Below, piece by piece: positions 1 to 12,780 of a stretch of DNA of 64,000 bases (position 1 is its first letter; every line of letters starts with the position of its first letter). The stretch lies in NCBI GenBank assembly GCA_038087875.1, contig CM075989.1:23872001-23936000 (forward strand). The letters are read 5' to 3'. The DNA comes from Malacoraja senta. Taxonomy: Eukaryota. The translations under genes and the position numbers were made by a program. Under the pieces are notes generated by a model. It worked only from the letters and a program-made list of their open reading frames with translations. It was not told the origin of the DNA and ran no database searches.

Positions 1-712
1 GCCTGTCCCGCTGAGTTACTCCAGCATTTTGTGTCTATCTTCGGTTTAAACCAACGTTCCTCCTACACACCACTTTCTCATTCACTCTTTACACACTAGG
101 GGGCAATTTGCAGAGACAATTAACCTACAAACTACTACAGTTGCAAAATTGTACTGGTGACAATTGATGTGCATGCACCTGGTGTGTTGCTGGCACCGGG
201 CATGCACCAACTGACCGGCGCATTGTTGCACAAAGTGTCGCACCAAGCCACCAGGCAGTGATGACAGCAGCTGCAACGCTACGCAACATATGTCTACACC
301 AGGTATGATGTTCTTTGCCCGAAGTAAGAATGAGGCTGGAAGGTGCAAGTGTCTTGAGAATTATCTGCAACAAAATGTATAGATGGAAAACGATGAGCAG
401 GAAATCCCAGTCCCTCGCTGCAAGAGTTTCAAGAGGCTAATTTACTGGTAATTTAATTAGAAAAGCTAATGAAATGTGTATTGTAGAGGAATTGAATGCA
501 AAATGAGGGAGATCATGCTTCAGTTACAGAGTGCGCTGATGAAACCGCAGCTAGTGTACTTAATTAGTCTTCTTATTTAATGAAGAATGCTTGATGCGTT
601 GGAAAGTTAATTAAACTAGGAATGGAACATTGTTAGACTAGAATGGATGAGCTGTGTCATGGGGAAAGGTGGGGCAGGCGAGGCTTGCAACCAATGACCT
701 TTAGAAGACTAA

Positions 713-981
713 TGGGCCAGTCCCACTTACACGACTTTTTCGGCGACTGCCGGGACCCGTCATAGGTCGTTGCAGGTCGGCAAAAAATTTAAATGTGTTG
801 AAAATTCAGCGGCGACCAGAAAGACGCTACGACTCTTTGGGCGACTGATGAGACGACTCACGACCATACAGGCGACACCCTGGCGACATGTCGCGGGGTG
901 AAGCCTGTATGGTCGTGAGTAGTTGCCCAAAGAGTCGTACCTTGTTCTGGTCGCCGCTGGATTTTCAACATGTTGAAAATT
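713..981. mobile_element. PIF/Harbinger-type MITE, right end truncated by a SINE
   Basis: Starts GGGCCAGTCCCACTTAC and has the same internal palindrome as 47745-48046. Confidence 0.75.
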
Positions 982-1469
982 ACCTCAGCCATGGTGACGC
1001 AACGGTAGAGTTGCTGCCTCACAGCGCCAGAGAACCGGGTTCGATCTTGACTACGGATGCTGTCTGTATGGAGTTTTGTACGTTCTCCCTGTGACCGCGT
1101 GGGTTTTCTCCGGGTGCTCCGGTTTCCTCCCACATTCCAAAGATGTACGGGTTTGTAGGTTAGTTGGCTTCTGCAAATTATCCCAAGTGTGTAGGATAAA
1201 ATTTGTGCATGGGTGATCGCTGGTCGGCATGGACTCAGTGGGCCGAAGGGCCTGTTTCCATGCTGTATCTTTGAACCAGAATGGAAAGCAAAGTTGCAGT
1301 TGCAATCAGATTAACCATTTGCAAAAGCAATTTATTATGTTTGTCTTGAGGAGCATGTTGTGTACAAGTTGTTTGTTCGTTCTGTCCATTCATATCACAG
1401 TAAGACTCAAGCAGTCTCCTAGCTGGTAATTATGCAAAACCAGTTAGGTACAGCGGGATAATGGTACGG

Positions 1470-1872
1470 TACACCTCACGCTGCCTCGGCAAGGCCAGCA
1501 GCATAATCAAGGACCAGTCACACACTGGCCACTCCCTCTTCTCCCCTCTCCCATCAGGCAAGAGGCATAGAAGTGTGAAAACACACACCTCAAGATTCAG
1601 CGACAGTTATCAGGCAACTGAACCAGCTGTTATCAGGCAACCGAACCATCCTACCACAACCAGAGAGCAGTCCTGAACTACTATCTACCTCATTGGTGAC
1701 CATCGGACTTGATCGGACTCTGTAGTCTTTACCTTCCCCTTATCATGTATCTGTACATTGTTAATGGCTCGATTGTAATCATGTATTGTCCTTCCGATGA
1801 CTGGTTAGCACGAAACAAAAGCTTTTCACTGTACCTCGGTACATCTTGTGACAATAAACTAAACTGAAACTG
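1470..1872 (+). mobile_element. Rex1/Babar 3' end (representative; related pieces at ~11935-12360, 12930-13235, 14625-14830, 19500-19680, 37870-38050, 38740-39035, 42235-42725, 60685-60865)
   Basis: SRCLGKASSIIKD..H.GHSLFSPLPSG peptide, followed by a shared 3' UTR ending ACAATAAACTAAACT. Confidence 0.75.
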
Positions 1873-3709
1873 ATGGGAGCTGAGGACAAATTGTGAAATA
1901 TCCCAGTGTGAAATTCAAAGGAAATATTGAAAGTCGGAGGTAATTGGAAACAATTCATAACATTGGTTGGTGTTTAAGGAGCGATCTGCAGAGATGGTCG
2001 GTTGTAAACAATAAATCTCTCTTAAGTAATCTCATGCTTCACATAGAAGTACAGAATGTTCATTGTGAAACGACAAAGACTTTGTAGAGAGTGACAGCAC
2101 CAAAACACAAATGAAATCACCGGAGATTGTTACCACATATATCAGTCTCAGAGGAATTCAGCGTACAAACTGTCACAGCAGCAGTTACAATGCTTTCATC
2201 TAACTCCTCATATGGGAGTACATTTAGAAAGGAGATGAGGAGGAATTTCTTTAGCCAGAGGGTGGTGAAACTGTGGAATTCATTGCCACAGACGGCTGTG
2301 GAGGCCAAGGCATTGGGTATTTGTAAAGCAGAGATAGATTAGTGCGGGTGTCAGGGGTTATATGGGGAGAAGGCAGGAGAATGGGGTTAGAAGGGAGAGA
2401 TAGATCGGCCATGATTGAATGGTGGAATAGACCTGATGGGCCGAGTCGCCTAATTCTGCTCCTATCATGTATGAATTTATGGTCAGGGAGTAATTAGTAG
2501 AAGCAGATTAAGATTTATTGGAACATGGAAGTGCTGTGGCTCATCACTTCTCCCTGCCTCATCGTGACTTATGCATGGTGCCCGCATTAACCGACAGGAA
2601 TGAATAATAAAGAAAATCATAGCAGAAATATTCTATTTCCTGAGCCAGAGGGTGGTGAATCTGTGGAATTCATTGCCATAGACAGTTGTGGAGGTCAAGG
2701 CATTGGGTACTTTTAAAGCAGAGATTGATAGGGTTAGGATTAGGCTGAAGGAGGGTCTCAACCCGAAACATCACCTTTTCCTGTCTCCAGAGATGCTGTC
2801 TGACCCACTGAGTTACTCCAGTTTTTTGTGTGTATCTTTCATTGACAGGTCTTTATTAGTAGGCGTGTTAAAGTTTCGGGGAGAAGGCAAGAGAATGGAG
2901 TTGAGGATTATGGTAGCGACCAAGTCAACAGATTTTTTAAAAGCGGAGATTAACAGGTTCTGGATTATAAGGACATCAAAGGTAATGGGGCTGAAAGGCA
3001 GGAGAACGGGGTTGAGAGGGAAAGATAGATCAGCAATCCTATTTTTTGTGTCAATCTGCAAACTTACTAATCAAGCCTTCTACATTCTGATTCAAATCGT
3101 TGATGTAGATGACAAACAGCAATGGAGACAGCACCGACCTTTGATGCACATCACAGGCCTCCAGTCAAAAAAACAACTGTCCACTGTCACCCTCTGCCTC
3201 AAGCCCATTATGTGTTGAAATGTTGCTGCCGACCATCCTTGACCGGGCTCAACCCACAAACCTCTCCATAAACAGTCAAACATGTTGACCAATTGCACCA
3301 CAGTGACTTTGTTACCTCTGAGACTCCAGGCTAATTCACATGTGGTGCAGAAATTAAAGGTCATACGTGATAGGAGTAGAATTAGGCCATTCGGCCCATC
3401 AAGTCTACTCCACTATTCAATCATGGCTGATCTATCTCTCCCTCTTAACCCCATTCTCCTGCCTCCTCCCCATAACCCCTGACACCTGAACTGCCTTAAA
3501 ATATCCATTGACATTGCCTCCACAGTCTTCCATGGCAAAGAATTCCACAGATTTGCCACCCTCTGAGTGAAGATGGTTTGCATCAACTGCGTATAGAGCC
3601 GCAGTCTATCGTCAACCCAGCCATATCTCCCTTGGAATATTTATTTAATGTAATCAATTTATTTAATTCGACATCCAGCATCCTCAACTCACCCCTGCCC
3701 TCCACTCAA

Positions 3710-4825
3710 CATAGAAACAAAGAAACAGAAAAATAGGTGCAGGAGTAGGCCATTCGGCCCTTCAAGCCAGCACCGCCATTCAATATGATCATGGTTGATC
3801 ATCTAAAATCAGTACCCCATTCCTGCTTTTTTCACCATTTCCGTTGATTCCGTTAGCCCTAAGAGCTAAATCTAACTCTCCCTTGAAAAGATCCAGTGAA
3901 TTGGCCTCCACTGCCTTCTGTGGCAGAGAATTCCACAGATTCACAACTCTCTGGGTGAAGAGGTTTTTCCTCATCTCAGTCCTAAATGGCCTAACCCTTA
4001 TTCTTAGACTGTGACCCCTGGTTCTGGACACCCCCAACATCGGGAACATTTTTCTTGCATCTAGCCTGTCAGTATCAGTATCAGTATCAGTATTTCTTTA
4101 ATATCATTTCACTGAATACTCGCATACACAGAGGAAACGAAAAAACGTTGCTCAATCGGTTTCCATTCAGTGTAAAAAACAAAAGGATAATACATAGAGC
4201 TTTAAAAACAAATTAAAATTACCATTCTTAAAAAGAAAGTAGGCCTAAAAATTAACAATATAATAAAAACAGTCATTCTGATCGACAGTGGCTTCACAGT
4301 GGCTTTACTTGACAGGTGCCTAACTGTCAAAGTATGGGGCGCGGTTGGATGTGTGGATGAGCGATGTTTTGGGAGGGGACAAAGTCCGTTAATCAGTCTT
4401 ATTGCCTGTGGGAAGAAGCTGAGGAGCATCCTGCTGGTTTTGCAGCTGATGCTCCTGTACCTCTTCCCAGATGGCAGAATGGAAAAGATGTGGTGTGATG
4501 GGTGGTGGGGGTCCTGGATGATGGAGATGGCTCGACTGATGCTCCTCTTCTTGTATATCTCCAGCAGGAAAGGGAGTGGGGCACCGATAATCCTGCTGGC
4601 GGTCTTCACTATCCTGTTTAGTTGATATTGTTCGTAAGCCTTGCAGCTCCCGAACCAGGAAGTGATACCGTAGGTTATTATGCTTTCAATTGTGCCCCTA
4701 TAGAAGGTTCTTAGATGGGCAGTGGGGAGACCATCCTGTCCAATTTTATATGTTTCTATAAGAGTCCCTCTCATCCTTCTAAATTCCAGTGAATACAAGC
4801 CTAGTCGACCCATTCTTTCATCACA
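3710..4825 (-). mobile_element. CR1 3' fragment interrupted by a Rex1/Babar insertion (~4071-4734)
   Basis: CR1 peptide lies on both sides of the insertion (TRGHSLRIR; LGLYSLEFRRMRG). CCTGTC is repeated at 4065-4070 and 4735-4740. Confidence 0.8.
4071..4734 (-). mobile_element. Rex1/Babar LINE 3' fragment
   Basis: FYRGTIESIITYGITSWFGSC...DPHHPSH..LPSGKRYRS peptide; (GATACT)n microsatellite tail. Confidence 0.85.
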
Positions 4826-7800
4826 TCGCTGTGTTAAAAATACACTCCATTTTATGAAATCACGGTGGCTCTTTGACTCACGGTGTCCCTGGCTAACAAA
4901 AACATTGATTTTACTGTACATTCAAAATTAATAGTTGACCTACATCAATGGCTTTTATAGAAAGGCATTTCAACCTATGTCACCTTTACCAATGGAAACA
5001 TTTTCTAATTTCGTATCTGTGAGGCCTCACTCTGATTTTTAGTCACAGGCCCCCAAATAGATTCTTTCTATTGACTTTTAGACGGCCTCAAAATCCCCCC
5101 AAAATCGATCAAATTAACATTGATCTCCACATAATTTGGCGCTGAGTTTGTGGCTATGACTCCGGTCATAGGTCAATGCCGTGACCTCAAGGGTCAAAAT
5201 ATATTTCCTGAGGTCTGGTGCCCTTTATGGTCACTTTATTTTTAAGTTTGGTTAAATCAGCTATCCCAGCACAGCTTAGTTTCGTTTAGTTTCGAGACAC
5301 AGCGTGGAAACAGGCCCTTCAGTCCACCGAGTCCGCGCTGACCAGTGATCAGCCGTACACTAGTTCTAGAGATAATTTACAGAAGCCAAGTAACTTACAA
5401 ACCTGCACGTCTTTGGAATGTCAGAAGAAACCGGAGCACCCAGAGCAAACCCACGCGGTCACAGGGAGAACGTACAAACTCCACACAGACAGCACCCGTA
5501 ATCAGAATCTAACTTGGGTCTTAGACGCTGTATGGCGGCAACTCTACCTCTGTGCCACCCTAAATGATTGATTCATAGGTACATCATGGAAAGAAGCCTT
5601 TTGAGTCTACTCCATGCCGACCATCCATCACCCCTTCACACTAGTTTTATGATGTGCCACTTCTGCATCTACTCCCTACACTCTACAGAGACTGCACGTC
5701 TTTGGAATGTGGGGGGAAACCAGAGCACCAAGAGGAAACCCACGCGGTCACATGGAGAAGGTGCAAACTCTACACAGACAGCAACTGAGGTCTGAACCGA
5801 ACCCGTGTCTCTGGCGCTGTGAGGCAGCAACTCCACCGCTGCGTCACCGTGACACCAGATTTTTAACTTGTAGGTTACATTTAATAATAATCTGCTAGGT
5901 CTGGTGTAGCACTAAATTTAAAATTCATCGCTCACAATCTCCTATGGGATTGATCTCGTGTTTAATGTGAATAAACGGACTCCTCTGAAAGATGCCTTTC
6001 AATCCGTGTGATGATGGGTGGTATAGGCAAGTCATACTGAGATACCTGGCGTTATGAGGCAGCAGCTCTAACACTGCACCATTGTGCCACCCTTATGCCA
6101 GCTGATAATGGAAACTCAGAAGATGTCCTTGAGTCCGTTGGTAACGTTCCAAGAGAGAGTTAGATTTAGCTCTTAGGGCTAAAGGAATCAAGGGATATGG
6201 GGAGAAAGCAGGAACGGGGTACTGGTTGTGGATGATCAGCCATGATCATATTGAATGGCTGTGCTGGCTCGAAGGGCCGAATTGCCTACTCCTATTGCCT
6301 ATGTTTCTGTGAATGTGGATTTCCAGCTAATGCTGAGTGTCCTGAAGTACTCTCACTGCACATGTTCATCTGATTAGCTACCAAATGAAGCAATCTCTTG
6401 TGAAGAAGCAAGTTTCAAGTCCGATTCCAGTGAATTCAAAATTAATATATATTACGAATATATACAGAAAACATATTGAGGCACTGCGACTTGGTTTCAG
6501 TCATAAATGTTTGGAATTAATTCTTTGCAAACTGGATTAAGACGATCAAGTAATGTGCCATTATTTAACAAGCGTTAAGATAAGGATAATGGAAAGCGAA
6601 GAGATCTTTGCTCATACTCTTGCCATGAAATATCCCCTGCAACGAGACTCGAGATAAGAAAAAGTATGAAATGCTCGTGTTTTTAAGCCTAAGGCCACTT
6701 TTCAAATCTTTTCAAAGTCTTTTTGAAGTCTTGCATCCATCCTGCAGCAGCCTTGAGGTATCGCCTCTGGGATCAGAGCCACAAACACTGAGCTTCTGAT
6801 TCATCTGCTGGAGTATAAATCACAAACAAGGCAGCCTGAAATGTCAAAGGTGACTGTGAGTCAGGGAAGCGTTGTGCAAGCCCTGGCATAACATATGTAC
6901 ATTTCTTGCAATAAATTAATAGATAACTTGACAAATCACAAATAACATAGTTTATTTTACATCTGCCATGCTTTTGAGAGGGAATATGGATTTTTTTAAT
7001 TTTTGCAAACCATCTGTTTTATAGGAATGCTATCAATGGCTCATTTCCCTTTATTATACGGCTTGCCTGATATACATATTTTAATCTTTTCAGCTTTTTT
7101 TCCTGCTCATGTATTTTGATGTTTTCCCTATCCCTGTTCCTTGTGTTCCTGGCCCTCCCCCCTCTCCATCCATCACCTGCTGGTCACTGACATCAGGCCT
7201 TATCAGCATCTATATTTTAATAGCTTACAACCCAATGTATGAACATTGAATTCTCCAATTCCAGATATCCCCTCAAAACACACATCCCTTTCTCCCCCAA
7301 ATAACCCCCCCCCCTCTCTTTCCCACTCTTCCCTCCCTTGTTCCCCACCTGGATTCCCACTTATTTCACCCCCCCCCACCCCCCCAGCTAATTTCCTGCC
7401 CCGAGCTTTACAATCCGCAACTCCTCAAAACTCTCTCACACCTTTGTTCCTTTCTTATCTTTGGCCTTTGTTCCAACCAGCTGCCTGCCTGAAGAAGGTT
7501 CTCGACCTGAAACGTCACCCACTCCTTCTCCCCAGAGATGCTGCCTGACCCCCTGAGTTACTCCTGCATTTTTGTGTCTATCTTTGGTTTAAACCAGTAT
7601 CTGCAGTTCCTTCCTGCACATGACTATCAAACCCTCCCCCCCCCCAACCTCGCTTGTCTGCCACTCCCCTTTTCCAGCTTCTCTGTCCCCTCCTCCCCTT
7701 ATATTCAGACTGAAGAAGAGTCGTGACCCGAAACGTCACCCACCCATTTTCTCCACAGATGCTGCCTGACCCGCTGAGTTACTCCAGCACTCTGTGAAAC

Positions 7801-8377
7801 GTCACCTATCCATGTTCTCCACAGATGCTGCCTGACCTACTGAGTTACTCCAGCACTCTGTAAAACGTCACCTATCCATGTTCCGGCAGCATCTATGGAG
7901 CGAAGGAAATAGGCAACGTTTCGGCCCGAAACCCTTCCGGGTTTCGGCCCGAAACGTTGCCTATTTCCTTCAGGGTTTCGGCCCGAAAGGTTGCCCATTT
8001 CCTTCGCTCAACAGATGCTGCCTGACCCGTTGAGTTACTCCAGCGCTCTGTGAAACGTCACCTATCCATGTTCTCCACAGATGCTGCCTGACCCGCTGAG
8101 TTACTCCAGCACTCTGTGTCCTTTTTTGTTTTAACTGGCATCTGCAGTTCTTTGTTTCCATATTTTTAATCTGTCCTATCCTGTGGCGACAATTTGTAGT
8201 GGAGTGTTTTCTCAGATGAAGTGTGGGGATCGTCTCAGAGGTCTGGCATGAGAACACAGGGTCATTTCAGAGATATAACTGGGTTTGGGGGAATGGTTTG
8301 GCAGTTTTTATGGATCTGGGAGTTTCTATTCATGGCATTGCAAGAAGCAATTGATCTGAAAACAGCCTGCGAGTACA

Positions 8378-9984
8378 CAGTGGCTTGCAAAAGTATTCAT
8401 ACCCCTTGAACTTTTCCACATTTTGTCACGTTACAACCACAAACGTAAATGTATTTTATTGGGATTTTATGTGATAGACCAACACAAAGTGGCGCATAAT
8501 TGTGAAGTGGAAGGAAAATGATTCATGGTTTTCAAATTTTTTTACAAATAAAAAACTGAAAAGTGTCGCATGCAAAAGTATTCAGCCCCCTTTACTCTGA
8601 TACCCCTAAATAAAATCCAGTGCAACCAATTGCCTTCAGAAGTCACCTAATTAGTAAATAGAGTCCACGTGTGTAATCTAATCTCAGTATAAATACAGCT
8701 GTTCTGTGAAGGCCTCAGAGGTTTGTTAGAGAACATTAGTGAACAAACAGCATCATGAACACACCAGACAGGTCAGGGATAAAGTTGTGGAGAAGTTTAA
8801 AGCAGGGTTAGGTTATAAACAAATATCCCAAGCTTTGAACATCTCACGGAGGACTGTTCAATCCATCATCCGAAAATGGAAAGAGTATGGCACAACTGCA
8901 AACCTACCAAGACATGGCCGTCCACCTAAACTCACAGGCCGGGCAAGGAGAGCATTGTTCAGAGAAGCAGTCAAGATGCCCATGGTAACTCTGGAGGAGC
9001 TGCAGAGATCCACAGCTCAGGTGGGAGAATCTGTCCACAGGACAACTATTAGTCGTGCACTCCACAAATCGGGCCTTTATGGAAGAGTGACAAGAAGAAA
9101 GCCATTGTTGAAAAAAAGCCATAAGAAGTCCCGTTTGAAGTTTGCCACAAGCCATGTGGGGGACACAGCAAACATGTGGAGGAAGGTGCTCTGGTCAGAT
9201 GAGACCAAAATTGAAGTTTTTGGCCTAAATGCAAAACGCTATGTGTGGCAGAAACCTAACACTGCACATCACCCTGAACACACCATCCACACTGTGAAAC
9301 ATGGTGGTGGCAGCATCATGCTGTGGGGATACTTTTCTTCAGCAGGGACAGGGAAGCTGGTCAGAGTTGATGGGAAGATGGATGGAGACATATACAGGGC
9401 AATCTTGGAAGAAAACCTGTTAGAGTCTGCAAAAGACTTGAGACTGGGGCGGAGGTTCACCTTCCAGCAGGACAACGACCCTAAACATACAGCCAGAGCT
9501 ACAATGGAATGGTTTAGATCAAAGCATATTCATGTGTTAGAATGGCCCAGTCAAAGTCCAGACCTAAATCCAATTGAGAATCTCTGGCAAGACTTGAAAA
9601 TTGCTGTTCACAGACGCTCTCCATCCAATCTGACTGAACTTGAGCTATTTTGCAAAGAAGAATGGGCAAAAATTTCAGTCTCTAGATGTGCAAAGCTGGT
9701 AGAGACATACCCCAAAAGACTTGCAGCTGTAATTGCAGCGAAAGGTGGTTCTACAAAGTATTGACTCAGGGGGGGGCTGAATACTTTTGCATGTGACACT
9801 TTTCAGTTTTTTATTTGTAACAAAATTTGAAAACCATGTATCATTTTCCTTCCACTTCACAATTATGCACCACTTTGTGTTGGTCTATCACATAAAATCC
9901 CAATAAAATACATTTACGTTTGTGGTTGTAACGTGACAAAATGTGGAAAAGTTCAAGGGGTATGAAAACATTTGCAAGCCACTG
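8378..9984 (+). mobile_element. Full-length Tc1/mariner DNA transposon, DD34E, IR/DR type, Passport (PPTN)-like
   Basis: ~213-bp terminal inverted repeats (8378-8590 and 9772-9984) start CAGTGGCTTGCAAA and contain the internal direct repeat TGCAAAAGTATTCA. TA follows the right end; CA precedes the left end. An internal transposase frame is present. Confidence 0.95.
8755..9764 (+). pseudogene. Tc1 transposase, stop-free over ~335 codons, with the initiator ATG out of frame
   Basis: GRPPK, WSDETK, FQQDNDPKH and SPDLNPIE motifs are present, with 34 residues between the second D and the E. The ATG at 8755 is shifted +1 from the long frame; the ORF track start at 8739 is a GTG. Confidence 0.85.
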
Positions 9985-12454
9985 TATGTGTTAAATTGTG
10001 GCACTGTTGATGCCGCTGGCAGTTGTATCTAACTGCATTGTCAACCACTGTAGTAGTCATGTCTCCATCAACATCTGAATTTTTGTTTCAAAGATAGTCT
10101 TTTAATAAGGTTATAACTGGTTTTCCCGTGGAGACAAAGACTTTGTTTAGTTTAGGTTAGAGATACAGCGTGGAAACGGGCCCTTCGGCCCATCGGGTCC
10201 ACGCCGACCAGCGATCCCCACACACTAGTTCGATCCTACACACGGATGACAATTTATAGAAGTCAATTAACCTACAAACCTGTACATTTTTGGGATGTGG
10301 AAAGAAACCAGAGTACCCGGAGAAAACCCACGAGGTCACAGGGAGAACATACAAACTCCGCACAGATCTGTAGTCAGGATTGAACCCGGGTTTCTGGCAC
10401 CGGAGTTCCCCCTGTATCTGTGTGGGTTTTCTCCAGGTGCCCCGGTTTCCTCCTACATCCCGAAGATGTGCAGATTTGTAGGTTAATTGGCTTCTGTAAA
10501 TTGTCCTGATTATGTTGTATGTGAAAGTGGGAGAAGATAGAAATGGTGTACAGGTGATCGCTGGTTGGCGTGGACCCGGTGGGCTGAAGGGCCTGTTTCC
10601 ACGCTGCGTCTCTACACTAAAGTAAAAGTGAGCATTGTGACAATGCCAGAGATTATAATCAGCACCATGAATGTCTCCGGAATTCTCCGCTGCCCGCAGG
10701 GCTGTGGTCATCTGTCCAGATATGGGATTAACGTTGGATTAGTGTAAATGGCCAGGATGGTAGACATGAGCACAGTGGGCCGCAGGGCCAGTTACCATAC
10801 TGTATGAAACATAGAAACATAGAAAATAGGTGCTGGAGTAGGCCATTCGGCCCATCGATCCAGCATCGCCATTCAATATGATCACGGCTGATCATCCAGA
10901 ATCAGTACCCCGTTCCTGCTTTCTCCCCATATCCCTTCATTCCATTAGCCCTAAGAGCCAAATCTAACTCTCTCTTGAAAACATCCGGTGAATTGGCCTC
11001 CACTGCCTTCTGTGGCAGAGTTACGTCAGGAGAATGGGGTTAGGAGGGAGAGATAGGTCAGCCATGATTGAATGGCGGAGTAGACTTGATGGGCCGAATG
11101 GCCTAACTCTGCTCCTATCACTTATGACCTGTCGATCAGAATTCACAACGCTATGGGAATTGTGTTTGGTTGATATGCGCGGTTGTCATACTGAACTGGC
11201 CAGTCCGTACTGGTAAAGGACACGGCACCTTAGCCAATACTGCCGTCCATTGTATGTTTCATGGTCAACCAGTATTTTGTTTTTGTGTTGAACTAGAGTG
11301 TCCTTTTATGTTATGTTATTCATCTGCCTGTTTCACACCAGAGGGAGTACCTCTTCATCTCTATATTGATCAACACTCAATACATTTTTCAGGCTCCAAA
11401 TCTTGCGAAAATATCCTACTGTTGGCGTGGGAGATAGAAGCAAGGGAGCACCGCCAGAGGCATTACATCGACTGCTTACACAACTACCCTCCTTCCCCAT
11501 GGAGAGAGGCTGCAATACAGGTCGTCTCTCTCCATGATTACTTGCTGGCTTTGTATCACCATACCGGCCAACTTTTCCCATCTACATTAGTCCCACCTGC
11601 CTGCTTTTGGTCCATATCCTTATAAACCAGTCTGATTCATAAATCTGTACGTCTTTGGAGGGTGGGAGGAAATTGGAGCATCTGGAGGAAACCCACGCGG
11701 TCACGGGGAGAACGTACAAACTCCGTACAGACAGCGCCCATATTCAGGATCGTACCCGGGTCTCTGGCGCTGTGAGGCAGCAACTCTACCGCTGCGCCAC
11801 CGTGCCGCCCAACACAGTCAGCACAAAACATTTTCCTCAAAGGATATCTCATCAAGAAATGCTTTGATTGTCCACAACAGGCATCCTCGATACAGTGAGG
11901 AGTGTACTGTGTATCGTGTACAGTCTCGGTTCCTGGTGTGCTACAAAAAGTTGTGACCACTGCCCAGTCCATCACCGGCTTTGACCTCCCCACCATCGAA
12001 GGGATCAATCATAGTCGCTGCCTCAAAAAGGCAGCCAAATTCATCAAAGACCCACACCACCCTGGCCACACACTCATTTCGCCACTGCCATCAGGAAGAA
12101 GGTAGAGGAGCCTGAAAACTGTAATGTCCAGGTTCAGGAACAACTTCTTCCCTACAGCCATCAGGCTATTAAACACTACAATGAATAAGCTCTGAACTCT
12201 GAACTGTAAAAGACTATATTATTGCACTATATTTGTTATTTATTGAACTTTTTCTTTTTTTTCTCTTCCCCCATTATGTACTATGTTTACATATTCACAT
12301 ATTCTGTTGTGCTGCAGCAAGTAAGAATGTCATTGTCCCGTCCAGGACAAATGACAACTTGACTCTTGCTACAGGGTCAGCATTTGAAATAGGGAAGCAA
12401 TAGAAATGCAACTTGTGTCTCCTTAACCATACAGACGAAGGGTCTCGACCCTTA

Positions 12455-12780
12455 ATATCACCTATCCATGTTCTCCACAGATGCTGCCTGACCCGCTGAG
12501 TTACGCCAGCACTCTGTGAAACGTCACCTATCCATATTCTCCACAGATGCTGCCTGACCCGCTGAGTTACCCCAGCATTCTGTGAAACGTCGCCTATCCA
12601 TGTTCTCCACAGATGCTGCCTGACCCGCTGAGTTACTCCAGCAGTCTGTGAAACGTCACCTATCCATGTTCTCCACAGATGCTGCCTGACCCGCTGAGTT
12701 ACTCCAGCACTCTGTGAAACGTCACCTATCCATGTTCTCCACAGATGCTGCCTGACCCGCTGAGTTACTCCAGCATTTTG
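12455..12780 (+). repeat. Tandem array, about 5 x 66 bp, derived from the Penelope-like tail
   Basis: Unit GAAACGTCACCTATCCATGTTCTCCACAGATGCTGCCTGACCCGCTGAGTTACTCCAGCACTCTGT. The same unit recurs at ~7730-8120. Confidence 0.9.

Noticed and set aside
4202..4921. 239-aa ORF
   Set aside because: It is a chance in-frame fusion of flanking DNA, a CR1 fragment and a nested Rex1/Babar fragment.
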